Assembly (NCBI RefSeq): GCF_016433145.1
Contig: NC_058132.1
Span: 254,006,224 to 254,070,223, forward strand
DNA from: Gracilinanus agilis
Lineage: Eukaryota
Direction of reading: 5' to 3'
DNA: 64,000 bases
Under the pieces are notes generated by a model that saw only the letters and a list, made by a program, of their open reading frames with translations, was not told where the DNA came from and ran no database searches. Shown piece after piece: positions 37,690-49,954 of this stretch. Every line of letters begins with the position of its first letter. The stretch's first letter is position 1. A program made the position numbers and the translations under genes.

Positions 37690-39060
37690 AAACCATCAGG
37701 CACTACAAATTCATTTTTTCAACTCTACAAAATCTTTTTTAAGAATGGTCTACACCAGTGATGGGCAAACTTTTTAAAGAGGGGGCCAAAGGAAAGGAAA
37801 TGCTCATCTGTCAATCTGTCTCTAAGGCAACTCTTTTGAAACTCCATTGTATTGTATCCTACTCATTGTGTTCTTCATATTAGGAATAATGTCCCTGGGC
37901 TGGATAGAACATTTCAGGGGGCTGCATCTGGCCCTCTGGGTGTAGTTTGCCCATCACTGGTCTACACACATATAGAGAGTATTCTTGATGAGAATATGAT
38001 AAGGCAGAATTTTTCAAAATATATTATGTGGCATCTTTACAATAAACATTTCTACTGTGGCTTTTGTTTGTTGACTCAACTCAAAAAAACATTTGATTGG
38101 ATGGAGCAAAATTCATCTTAAAGGATCTCTTCCAATAAGGCATTTCCCATTCAAAAATGCAGATTTTTACAAGATTTTTTGATAGATGTAATAGCAGAGA
38201 AAATTTTGACAGTTTTCTGACCATCAGTTTTGAGCAAGGGATCAAATAGGAAAATATGTACTCACCTGAGGTGTTTGTCATGAAGGATGTCCAGCAGAGT
38301 TCAAATGGAAGAGGGTTCACCTGCAATGGTGAGATCCTCTAGTAACAGCTCTTCGTGGCTACTTTTGGATTAATCGCTTCAAACTGAATGACACCACACA
38401 TCTTCCTGAGTGAGAGTCACAACCACTTAAATGGCTTTGACCTCATAATCCACGAAGGAAAAATCAATTGATTGAAGACCATCTATTGTCTGTATGATGT
38501 GGTTGAATGGATATCTCATTGAGTTGGCCCAACAGTACAGATAGCTCAGATAGACATAGCAAATGGGCATTGAACTGGTATCAGAACTGAAGAGGAGGGA
38601 GAAAGTAAGCTTGATTGCATTTGAGAAATTGTGCAAGACTTTCCATGACCCCAAGCTACTCTCTATAACAAGAACCCATCAATTTTAGTTCTTTGATGGT
38701 GCTGTATGGCTGTGAATCATGGAATAACATAAAATCTCTGAAGAGTTAACATCTGGTCACCCTTAGGGCAATTGAGAGATATATAAGTATAAATGGGAAG
38801 TAGTATAATGACTAGAATGCAAGAAGCAGCAGAAAAGATCTTTTTTTCCCGAGAGATATAGGATTGGAAAAAGGAAGTTGGTCATCATATAGCAAGAATT
38901 AGAAATATAAGATGGTGAACCTATATTCAGTCTTCCCCCCTCAAAAAAAAGTTGAATGAACCTTTGGACAATTTATGAGAGGAAATGGGTAGGGTGAGAA
39001 GGCAAGAATTGGATGTATTCTGTATGTACTCTTGGAAAGAGTTAACTAAATTGATGAGGT
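37690..39060 (+). mobile_element. Degraded RTE-clade LINE reverse transcriptase region and 3' end (may extend upstream to ~37050)
   Basis: Disrupted translation LYKIF..MVYTHIESILDEN..KKTFDWMEQN..YSPEVF..NGEIL**QLFV..LIAS..HNH..GFDLIIHEGK resembles recalled RTE RT motifs. Confidence 0.75.
37756..37959. mobile_element. Non-autonomous hAT (Charlie/Buster-type) MITE, 204 bp
   Basis: Perfect 16-bp TIR cagtgatgggcaaact / agtttgcccatcactg; perfect 8-bp TSD gtctacac (37748-37755, 37960-37967) with central TA. Confidence 0.95.
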
Positions 39061-40000
39061 CCTATGGTCCATTGGAGAACTGAAGCATATAATATGGTGA
39101 AAAATTATATTATGTTTTTTGAAATAAAGCATTTTCAAGGTATGTTTAAATTGACCTTATTTATTGATTAATTCTTTATAACTTTCATTACACCAGTGTA
39201 ACAGTGAGGTTCTTAGGTACTTGGAAATGATCACCTCTTCCAATAATCAACTATATTAAAATCCATCCTAACTTTTAGCTTTCCTAAAAAAAAAAACAAA
39301 AACCAAAAACATATGAAGTAGAACTAATGGCAGTTAGAGACAAACAAAGATTAAATAAGGATTAGTTTATCCCCCTTTCTCCTTTCCCAGCCCCTCCTAT
39401 TTGACTTTCTGATGGTACTAAGCTGTGAGGAAAGTTTCTTGATAAAATGAGACTAGGGTATTTATGTCAGCATCTGTCTTTTGAATGCTTTCATCTGCTA
39501 AGAGCTGTCTTTGTGTCAGAACTTCCTGTTTGATGGAGAGATTTTCATAGTCATCAGTGGGCAAAATTCCTCATTTTGTTTGAGAAAATAGTTTCAAAGA
39601 TTGATGACTTCAGATGTTGTGATGAAGCTGTCACTTACTTTGTAAATGGCTAGGAGTGGTACTAATGAACTACTAAGTAGAATGTGCTTTGGGTTTCATT
39701 AGCTTTCCCAGGGATCAATAAACAAACTCAGCAAACTAGAAAATATTAAGTATAGGTACCATGGAGCAGCTGGTTGGCTCAGTGAATAGAGAGTCAGACC
39801 TGGAGACAGGAGATCTATATTCAAATCTATATCAGACCTTTCCTAGCTGGGTGACCCTCAGCAAGTCACTTAACCCCTCTTCTGCTTTGGAACTGATACT
39901 TAATATTGATTCTAAGATGGAAGGTAAGGGTAAAAAAATAGATGTTGTTTATTCTTTAAATAGGTTCCATTCTTCATTAAATCACCCTATATCATTTTAG

Positions 40001-40178
40001 GAAACTTTACTGGACTGATCGTGGAACTGAGACTGGGATACCAGCAAAGGTTGCCAGTGCGAACATGGATGGCTCACAAATAAAAACTCTGTTTACTGGA
40101 AACCTTGACCATATAGAGTTCATCACCATCGACATTAAGGAACAAAAGCTATACTGGGCAGTCACCAGCACAGGAGTG
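40001..40178 (+). CDS. LRP2: LRP2 exon ~35 (178 nt), propeller 4; absent from the ORF track
   Basis: ttttag|G AAA CTT TAC TGG...GGA GTG|gtatga; [24 protein letters not shown]...[10 protein letters not shown]. Confidence 0.96.
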
Positions 40179-41036
40179 GTATGAAAAATAATGATAATAA
40201 CCCAGTTACATTTGTTCAGGGTTTTACAGCTCATACAATACTTTTTAAGCACAGCTTTATGAGTCAGGTAGAGAAAATATGATCCTCTTTTTTTTTTTCT
40301 TTAAAAGAATGAGAAAACCGAGGATCCAAGAAGTTGGGACCTACCCATAACGACACAGCTAGTTTTGGGATTTTCTGAGCTGGAATTCACACCTATGTCT
40401 TCCATCTTCAAATTCAGTGCTGTTTCTCCTCTCCCACCCTGCCTTAACAAGCCTGTTTAGGTTTTCACTGCAATGCTCATGTAGCTTATACAGATGGAGT
40501 TTTAACTTGCTTTGCCATAATTCTTGTTAATGTTTGCTGTTCTTGTAGTTAAGATAATAAAAGATGTAGAGTCTATAATTTGTCTTAGAAAATTGTTATG
40601 TTGTTTACTCTCTCTTTTCTACCAGTAATTTTTCTTGAGTCTCTCCTAAAACCTCTTTGCTATGCAAGTCTATTTCTTCTGTTCTGATTGATACTCAGAA
40701 AAACTTGTCACAATCCATTATAGAATAACCCTTTATCACACTAACTGTCACATTGGCCTTCTCTTCTTCAGAGTAAATGATTCTAGGTCTTTGCTTACAC
40801 CCCCCACCTCTCCAAGTTTTCCTCCCCTTTCCAGCTCTTTAATTCTCTTAATCCCTTTCCCTAGAAACTCCTTCAACTCCTTCAGTTCCAGAGCTTAAAA
40901 TCTGACACCATATGTTCATTGGAGTTTTACTTAAAATACTTCTGCTTATATATTCTATCTGAAGTTGAGAGCAGGGCTGGTTTCTGATATTTCTTTCTTT
41001 GACATAAAACTAATAATATGCTAAATGCTTCCTTAG

Positions 41037-41250
41037 ATTGAGAGGGGAAATGTGGATGGTACCAATCGAATGATTGTGGTATTCCATCTTTCTCATCCGT
41101 GGGGAATTGCTGTCCACGATTCCTTCCTCTATTACACCGACAAAGATTATGAGGTCATTGAGCGAGTAGACAAATCTACCGGTGCAAACAAAGTCGCCCT
41201 GAGGGACAACGTTCCCAACCTGAGATGCCTGCGAGTTTACTACAGAGACA
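41037..41250 (+). CDS. LRP2: LRP2 exon ~36 (214 nt), end of propeller 4
   Basis: ccttag|ATT GAG AGG...GAC A|gtgagt; [35 protein letters not shown]...VYYRD. Confidence 0.96.
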
Positions 41251-41639
41251 GTGAGTATTTGTCACCCCTTTCCCATAAAAGCATAAGCACAAGTCTTCCA
41301 TAGTATACTCAAGGTACAGACTCCAAAATGAAATTGTATAAAAATTACAGTGAAAAAATATCATGTCGTATCTCAAACATTTCATGAAGTTCTAAAGATC
41401 TGTTATATGATATATTGTTAAATATTTCCCAATTATTTTTTAGTCTGGTTTGATTAAAAGTCAGTCTACACCTCTCCTTTTTCACCACATTGGCATGAAA
41501 TCTTTTATCATATAAGTTGCAAAAATCAAGGTAAATTGTACCTACATCAGTTTCCTTTTCTACCAGTTTAATAACCCTGTCCAAGAAAAAGAAAAAAAGA
41601 AATGAAGTCTGATTGACATAATTAGTCTTATTTTAAAAA

Positions 41640-42120
41640 ATGTTTTATTGTTTTTGTTTTTTACATCACCATAGTTTCTGCCATTTTCCCTTCTCAAGAG
41701 CCATCCCATCTAGCAAATAGCACTTTTTAAAGGCAAAAAAAAGGAAAAAGAGAAGGAAAAAATCAGCATAATTAACTAATGTATTGAAATAAGTATGTTG
41801 TGCAATATTTGGAGACCTTCACCTCTACAAAAGGGCAAAGAGAATCTTCTCACATCTATTCTTTTGAGTCACACTTTATCATTTTTCTACATTCCCTGTT
41901 GATTTGTGTTTGTATAGTTGTTCCTTCCATTTACATCGATGTTGTCATTGTGTATATTGTTTTCTTAGCTCTGTTTTTACCACTCTGTTCATGTAAATCT
42001 TTCCATGCTTTTCTGAATTCATTGCATTCACCTAATTTGTTCTTAATAAAGCCATACTGCTTCAAAAAAATACCATGTCCATATCATGTCTACCTACTCA
42101 GTATTCTTAAAATTGAGAAA
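41640..42120 (-). mobile_element. Old marsupial L1 3' fragment
   Basis: T-rich start and tgttgtcattgtgtatattgttttc...actctg motifs as in antisense marsupial L1 3' ends; approximate. Confidence 0.55.
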
Positions 42121-42746
42121 ATAATGAGATAATCTAGAATCTTCCTTACCAATATTTTTTTCTTTTTTTTTAAACCCTTGACTTCCATCTTAGAATCAAT
42201 ACTGTGTATTGGTTCCAAGGCAGAAGAGTGGTAAGAGCTAGACAATGAGGGTTAAGTGACTTGTCCAGGGTCACACAGCTAGGAAGCATCTGAGGCTGGA
42301 TTTAAATCCAGGATTTCCTCTCTCTGGGCCTAACTCTCAATTCATTAAGCCATCTAGATGCCCCCTTAATACATTCTTATAGGTGATTCACAGGAATCAT
42401 AGATCAAAGGCCCTAGATAGAAAAATAAATGGAATTTCAGTCTTAATAAGCAGAGGGTTGTCACACATCTTTAACCTCTGCTTTCAATCATGTCATACAT
42501 TTTCCACTTATGCCTTTAGAAGCAACATCATTTTCAGTTTGCCTTTTTCAGAAAGGATATATTAATTATTTTATACCTAAAAAATTTTGTTCTCCAATCT
42601 GTTACTTTCTGCTATTCTTAAGCAAATTATTTTGAATTATCCCTCCCCAGCCAAATTTGCCTTTAGTATTAATAGTTCTATATCATCCCATTCATTGACT
42701 GTGAAAATTAATGTTTTATTAATTTATCTCATACACATGCCTGGTG

Positions 42747-42965
42747 CAGTGGTTCTCAAAATGTGGTCTGGGCATCCCTAGGAATCCCTGAAACCATTTC
42801 AGTCAATCTATAAGGTCAAAACTATTTTTGTAATAATACTAAGATATTTGAATTTCAAATAGAGTAAATATCAATAGATATATCATAAAAGATCCTTATG
42901 TAGTCCTAAATAATTTTTAAGAGTATTAAAGGTATCCTGAGGCAAAAAAAGTTTGGGGACCACTG
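42747..42965. mobile_element. hAT-Charlie-like MITE, 219 bp
   Basis: TIRs cagtggttctcaaa / tttggggaccactg; 8-bp TSD gcctggtg / gcctggag. Confidence 0.85.
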
Positions 42966-43448
42966 GCCTGGAGATCTGAGGACGTATGAGATGCATGCAT
43001 AGTATTGAAATGTCAGGATTCTAAAATGGAATTAAAAAAATGTCGATTACCACAATATGAAAAGGACACAAGGAAAGAAATTAACATATACATAAAAGCA
43101 GTTTATAAATGTCCATTCTGCTTTGTTATACATAATTTATAATGAAATGTTCACCAATGACACTTTAAAAATTAATGAATAATGGTGTTCAGTTTAACTA
43201 TATTTAGGTGTTCAGTATTGGTATTGTTCTCCTATTTTTTTTTTTTGCTTCTGGTATTTTTATATTTTCTGGTATTTATACATATATGTATATATATACA
43301 CACACTATATATATATATACATATATAATTTCTTTGCTGTGGCTTTTAATGATGAATTATTTTGGGATTCTATTCTAAAATAAGAGATGAGGAGGCAAGT
43401 AAATGTCTTAAGTGATTAAATCCCCCCACAATCCTGCTTCTCTTATAG

Positions 43449-43688
43449 ATGCTGCTGGTTCATCAAATGGCTGTAGCAACAATGTGAATGCTTGTCAGCA
43501 AATTTGCCTGCCAATCCCTGGAGGGCTCTTTTCCTGTGCCTGTGCTACAGGATTTAAACTCAACCCTGATAATCGAACCTGCTCTCCATATGATTCATTC
43601 ATAGTTGTTTCAATGCTAACTGCAATCAAAGGCTTTAGCTTGGAGGCATCAGATCATTCAGAAGCCATGGTACCCATGGCAGGTCAAG
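43449..43688 (+). CDS. LRP2: LRP2 exon ~37 (240 nt), EGF + start of propeller 5
   Basis: ttatag|AT GCT GCT...CAA G|gtaggt; [22 protein letters not shown]...MVPMAGQ. Confidence 0.97.
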
Positions 43689-44357
43689 GTAGGTGACTGG
43701 AAAGACACATTCAGATCCAGCTTCATTTCAGTCCCAGGTTGAGGTCCATGTCCATCATTCAAATAATTGGGTCACACATCCACCTTTGGGATGGAGCAGA
43801 TGAGACCTTAATCTTCTCTTTCTCTTTTGCTAAGGGAATCTCTCCTATCAATATAGGACAAGAGAAAATATGTGTGTGGTTCTACATTCATTCAAATGAT
43901 TGAAAAATGGATGGGAGAGAATGTAAAAAAAAAAAGAAGAAATCTGTTTCCAAATTGGCTTAGCATAAGCTTTTTAGAGATGAGTGGCAGTGTGTTGAGT
44001 GAGCCATAGGCAAGGTAGAGGGAGAAGATGAAGGACAGGGGAGAAAAAAAGACATAATTGAAAAGGAAGTAGAAAGGTGGGACATGTCACTATAGTCGCT
44101 ATAGGCACCTTGGTTATAAAGGAGACTTTAAAAATTTATAACAGAGTTTCAGAAAGGCAAAACAAAATCGATAACTTTATTTTTCAATACCCCCAAAGCA
44201 TAGAAACTTGTAAAATAAACTTTTTTATTTTCTGGGGGTGGAGTAGTGATGGGCAGCAGGGGAGCAGAGAGAAGGGGGGATAGGATAGCAATGGAAAGAT
44301 AAATGTATGTAAAAATTCTGTCGTTTATTTTAATATAGCCACTTTTAAATGTTTCAG

Positions 44358-44546
44358 GACGAAATGCACTGCATGTGGATGTCCATATGCCTTCTGGCTT
44401 CATCTACTGGTGTGATTTCAGCAGCACTGTATCATCTCAGAATGCAATACGCAGAGTCAAACCAGATGGGTCTTCTTTTAGAAATATAATCACAAATGGG
44501 ATAGGACGGAATGGAGTCCGGGGTATTGCTATTGATTGGGTAGCAG
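44358..44546 (+). CDS. LRP2: LRP2 exon ~38 (189 nt), propeller 5
   Basis: tttcag|GA CGA AAT...GCA G|gtaggt; [21 protein letters not shown]...GIAIDWVA. Confidence 0.96.
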
Positions 44547-46029
44547 GTAGGTAAATCACAGAGTGATTTCACTAAATCAATCAATCAATAAGTATTTATT
44601 AATCACTTACTAGGTGCCAGACACTGTTCTAGGTCCTTGGGATACAAGAACAATGAGTGAAACAACCCCTATTCTCCTAGAGCTCATACTTAAAAGAAAT
44701 TTATTCTTTTTATATTCTTTATATTTTTGGCATCTTTAGACAAACACTTTATTTAATGATGTATCCTGCAGAGCTTATTTTCTAGATAATTGAAATTGGA
44801 ATAATTTCAAATGAAAATGCAGTGTGAATTTAAATTAGACTAATATGATTATGTTTTAATCATAATGTATAATTATCAAGTATAAGCTATATGATTAAAT
44901 TCATAGAGGACAATTGATGTCAAGGTCTCTCAGTTGATAAATTTAAAAATCACGATCTCATTATTAAATACTGTTAATATGTACAGAAATGTAAAAAAAA
45001 TTGGCCAGAAACTTTCAATTTATGATCTACCTTAAGAAGCTCTTATTAGTAACTCTTTGTCTCATAATTATCAATAGCTATGATTAGTCAAGGAACATAC
45101 TTAAAAGTAATATCAATTTTTAAAAAAGAAAACATTCATTTTTAAAACAGTTCCTGTCACCTAAATGTTTCATTAAATCAATTGAATAGTTATCATGTAG
45201 GCATGCCATCCCATAAAATGGATTTTTGAATGGGTCATTATTTGATTTTATGTGTGGGCACTGGCTCCACCAGCATATACCTTAACCCTTCAAGGACTCT
45301 GCAAGGTGCTTCTTGAATTCTGTGACCAAAAGATTCATTACCTGATTGCCAACCTTTTGGGGATGAGTTTTTCTTAACTTCAGTTGGTTTTCTGAGGATA
45401 GTTTTGTTGCAGGACCTATACTTGAAATTTGCTAGGACTTTATTAGAGTTTGCATTTTCTGGGCTGGATCTTTTGGAGATCTTAGCTCCACTCCATATAT
45501 CCGTTAGATGCTGGGTTAGATGTTAGTAGAGAGAATGCAGCTATATTTTATAAATAATGGACATATATATATATATAATATAAATATATGTCTCTAAACC
45601 ATGTGGGTTATACAGTTAATAACAGTACTTATATCTATGAACATTTTTCTCTGTTTTGTTAAAAAATGCAAACCCAATAACAACAGATTAAGAGCTTTAA
45701 GTGTCAATATTAAATGTAATGATATAAGTAGACTGAATTTTAATTATATTGGTAACCAATTTTGAACTTTATTTTGAACTAGACCTATATATAAGAAAAT
45801 CTTGGAGGAAGCACCTTTTTTTGTTTCATATCAGCATCTACTTTTCAACTTAGATTTTTAGGGACTTTAGAGTTTCAGAGGACTGATAGAGTAGCTTCGT
45901 AGTGTTGTTTGAGGCACCAAGAAATTATGAGACTTGTGCATACAGCTGGTAGGTTTCACAGACAGGACCTGAACCCAGGTCTTTCTGACTTTGTGGCCAT
46001 CTCTCTTTGTATCTGATGCCTCACTTATT

Positions 46030-46585
46030 TACTTAATGTTTATTTTTTATTTTATTGTCATGCAAAACACAATTCCATGTTGGTCATTGTTGTAAGAACA
46101 CACTCATATATAACCAAACCCCCCCCCCAAATAAAACCATAAATACATTGATGTGAAAGATGACTCCAGCAGTTCTTTGTCTGGAGGTGGATAGCATTCC
46201 ACATCATAAGTCTTTCAGGATTATCCCAGATTATTGCAATGCTGAGAGTAGGCAAGTGTTCATAAATAATAAATGTTCAATATTCCTGTTACTGTGTACA
46301 ATGTTTCCCTAGTTCTGCTTATTTCACTCTGCCTTAGTTCCCACAGATCGTTCCAGTGTTTTCTGAAATCATCTTGCTTATCTTTCTTATAGTACAGTAG
46401 TACTATAAGTACTATATAGTACCAACATGTACCACAGTTGGTTCAGCCATTCTCCAATTAATGGATGTCCCCTAATTTTTGATTTTTTGCCACCACAAAA
46501 AGAGCAACTATAAATATTTTTGTACAAGTAGGTTCGTTCCCCCCCTCTTTGGGAGACAGCCCCTGTAGTGGCATTACTGGATCTG
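46030..46585 (-). mobile_element. L1 3' fragment with ORF2 C-terminal remnant
   Basis: Minus-strand CTKIFIVALFVVAKN and PLIGEWLNQLWYM, L1 ORF2 C-terminal motifs. Confidence 0.85.
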
Positions 46586-46598
46586 ATACCTTTAAAAA

Positions 46599-46676
46599 AT
46601 AATAAATAAATAAATAATAAACAAACAAACAAACAAACAAACAAACAAACAAACAAATAAATAAATAAATAAATAA
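46599..46676. repeat. (TAAA)n(CAAA)n(TAAA)n microsatellite
   Basis: Direct reading. Confidence 0.95.
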
Positions 46677-47867
46677 GTTGAAGTGCCATGTGGTATGGTG
46701 GAAAGCATTCCAGACTTGGAGCCAAGACAGTGTTGTGTTCAGATCCCTCTTGACACTTGAGCTGCGTGATCATGGAAGTGTCTTTATCTATGGAGATAAT
46801 ATGTGTGGTGCTTCCCTTATAAGAATTTATGAGGATTAAATGAGATAATGAATGCAAACTATTTTGCAAGCTTTAAAGCACTATATAAAATAATTTGTTG
46901 TATATTCATTTACCTTATATTACAGTGTATGAATAAAAGCATCACCAGAAAGAAGAATCTCAATACTTTTTTCCTAGTGAAAGTCTTTTAGTTTTGTTAA
47001 ATAGGACAGAAATAGTATGATTCTCTGGTATATATATGGCTGCATTGTGATTTTAGGAACCCAAGATATATAGAATTTCATAGAGTGGTTTATTGGTTTT
47101 AGCAATAATAGTCCAATATTTTGTGTTTTATAAACACAGGGGAGACCAGTCAACATCTACCTTTGATTCCCATTCTTCCCTAACACTGTATTCCTTTCTT
47201 GCAAGAATTTGAGAAGAAGAGATAGAGTGTGATCTTTATTTTGTATGGATATTGAGCCTTTGGGAGAGTTAGGATAAAAAAAAATTGTGAATCACATCTA
47301 AGAAGAGACTCCTGAAATATTTTTAAATATTCATAATGAGTCAGAGATAGTTTTCCCATTGAAAGATGCAGTTTATCTCACATAGTCTGATGGTGTTTCT
47401 TCGCTCATGCTTTTTGACAAGCATTGACATATGGGAAGAATCTGGAAGGGAGATGGCGCTACCTCCTCTGGATCCTTCAAAGAACTTTTATTGTTCCAGG
47501 ATGATGAGTTTTCAGAGTCCTCAATGAAGCAGGCTTAAATATCCATTACTATAAGTGTTAGGGCAAGAATATTCTTAGAACAATGCTTTCAAATGGAAAA
47601 TAAGCTGTAGATTTTGACAAAAATTTTAATTTACCCCAGGGACAAATGTAGACTCCCACTGTAATCTTGAAGAAGCAATCTTTAGTATTGGATAGTAGAC
47701 ATTTATCTTTTTAGTTCCAACCTCAGGCACTTGTGTATCACCTTTGAAAGGGTGACATATATTGACTTAAACCTGGTATTTTTTGTCTTAAACTTGAAAA
47801 GCTGTCTCCTTTTCTTTTTTTACCTTTCAATCTGTTCATCACTATTTATGTTTTTTTCCCCTCATAG

Positions 47868-48785
47868 GAAACCTTTACTTCACAAATGCTTTTGTGACTG
47901 AGACATTGATAGAAGTGCTACGAATCAATTCTTCTTACCGCCGTGTTCTCCTGAAAACAACCGTGGACATGCCTAGGCATATAGTGGTTGACCCCAAGAA
48001 CAGATACTTGTTCTGGGCTGACTATGGACAGAATCCAAAGATTGAACGTGCTTTTCTTGACTGCACTAACCGAACAGTGCTTGTGTCAGAGGGCATAGTT
48101 ACACCCAGGGGTTTGGCAGTGGACCACAGCAATGGCTACATTTATTGGGTTGATGATTCTTTAGATATAATTGCCAGAATCAATCATGAAGGAGGTGATA
48201 CTGAAATGATTCGCTATGGGAGTCGCTATCCAACACCCTATGGCATCACCATTTTTGGAGACTCTATGATATGGGTCGACAGGAATCTGAGGAAAATCTA
48301 CCAAGCTAGTAAAGAACCAGGGAATACGGACCCTCCGAGAGTGATAAGGGATAACATTGATTGGCTAAGAGATGTGACTATCTTTAATCCACAGTTTCAG
48401 CCCCAGTTACCTGAGCAAGTCAACCACAACCCGTGTTTGGAGAGTAATGGAGGATGTTCTCATTTATGCTTTGCATTGCCTGGTCAGGAGGCACCAAAAT
48501 GTGGCTGTGCCTTTGGGGAGCTGGAGAGTGATGGAAAGAGATGTGCCATTTCTACAGAAAATTACCTCATCTTTGCCTCTGAGAATTCTCTAAGAAGCAT
48601 ATACCTGGACCCTGAGAACCACAGCCCACCGTTTCGTACATTGATTGTACCCAGGACTGCAGTTGCTTTAGACTATGACAGTATCAACAACAGAATATAC
48701 TTTACTCAAAGTTCTACATCAAATGGCCAGATTTCCTATGTTAGCTTGTTAGCTGGGGTGACTTCCCCAACTGTCATTGCAACAG
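47868..48785 (+). CDS. LRP2: LRP2 exon ~39 (918 nt), propeller 5, EGF, start of propeller 6
   Basis: tcatag|GA AAC CTT TAC...ACA G|gttagt; [17 protein letters not shown]...PTVIAT; one codon shorter than recalled human exon (QSSTSNGQ vs QNLASGVGQ). Confidence 0.97.
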
Positions 48786-48924
48786 GTTAGTGGTTTGAAA
48801 ATTCTGCTTTTTTTGAAATCAAACATGGTGAGCTGAAACATGATGATGAATTGGATGGTTCTAAGGTGGTTACATAGACTCTAACTTTTTTCCCCCCTCC
48901 ATGTGTCTCTGCATTTGCACAAAG

Positions 48925-49090
48925 ATGTAGGGATTCCAGATGGCATTGCATTTGATTGGATCAACAGTAGAATTTATTATAGTGACTTCATGAACCAGAC
49001 CATTAACTCTATTGCAGTGGATGGATCTAATCATACAGTGGTTGCTCGAGTACCTCGGCCAAGGGCAATTGTGTTAGATCCTTGCAGGGG
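48925..49090 (+). CDS. LRP2: LRP2 exon ~40 (166 nt), propeller 6
   Basis: cacaaag|AT GTA GGG ATT...AGG GG|gtatgt; [21 protein letters not shown]...LDPCRG; competing TAG 6 nt downstream. Confidence 0.93.
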
Positions 49091-49200
49091 GTATGTCATT
49101 ATCCTTCCTTTTGGCTTATATGTCCTTACTCATTGCTTTTATATGTATTTGGGGTAGGTGGGTGAACAGGACCTTCATTTTCATGCACAACTGACTTTTT

Positions 49201-49477
49201 AGGGGGCTCAGTGCATAGAGGGTCAGCCTTGGAGTCAGTAAAACTCATCTTCTTCAATTCAAGTCTGGTCTCAGATATGTACTGGCTGTGTCACCATGGG
49301 CAAGTCACTTAACCCTGTTTGCCTCAGTTTCTTCATTTGTAAAATGAGCTGGAGAAAGAAATGTTAAATCAATGTAGTATCTTTGCCAAGAAAATCCCAA
49401 ATGGGGCCATGAAGACTTGGCACAACTGAAAAATGATTCAACAACAACAACAACAACAACAACAATAACAACAACAA
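49201..49477 (+). mobile_element. MAR1-like SINE ending in a (CAA)n tail (49439-49477)
   Basis: CORE + RTE-type tail + CAA repeat. Confidence 0.8.
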
Positions 49478-49795
49478 ATCCTATGTAAATAGAAAGTAAT
49501 GAGAATAGACTGACTATAAACAAGTAGATCTTTTCACATAGGAAATTTTTGGAAGGGGAGAATGAATGCAGGTCATACTCAAGTGAAAAGATTGGCAGCA
49601 TGACAGGGAATTCAATATGTTGTTATCTACTGACTCAGTAAATCTCTGTTTGATAATACTTAGGAAAGCATGAGGGTGGAAATAGAATGAATCCATAGCT
49701 CCCCGCATTATATAGTCTGAGTGTTTCTACTTTTTTATATAAAAGAGAATTTTATATGTGCTGAATTAATCATTGCTTTTTTTTTTGATGAATAG

Positions 49796-49954
49796 GTACA
49801 TGTACTGGACTGACTGGAGCACTAATGCTAAAATTGAGCGTGCCACATTGGGAGGAAACTTCAGAGTGCATATTGTAAACACGAGTCTGGTTTGGCCAAA
49901 TGGTCTGACTCTGGACTATGAGGAAGACTGGCTGTATTGGGCAGATGCAAGACT
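49796..49954 (+). CDS. LRP2: LRP2 exon ~41 (159 nt), propeller 6
   Basis: gaatag|G TAC ATG TAC TGG...AGA CT|gtatgt; [20 protein letters not shown]...LYWADARL. Confidence 0.96.

Noticed and set aside
38427-38654. Minus-strand 75-aa ORF that looked protein-like
   Set aside because: Antisense mirror of the plus-strand RTE reverse transcriptase remnant.
47431-47538. 35-codon ORF, an ATGATGA C-box-like motif and AGATGGCGCT (partial CTCF/YY1-like)
   Set aside because: No D box at a suitable distance, no recognisable protein, only a partial motif match.
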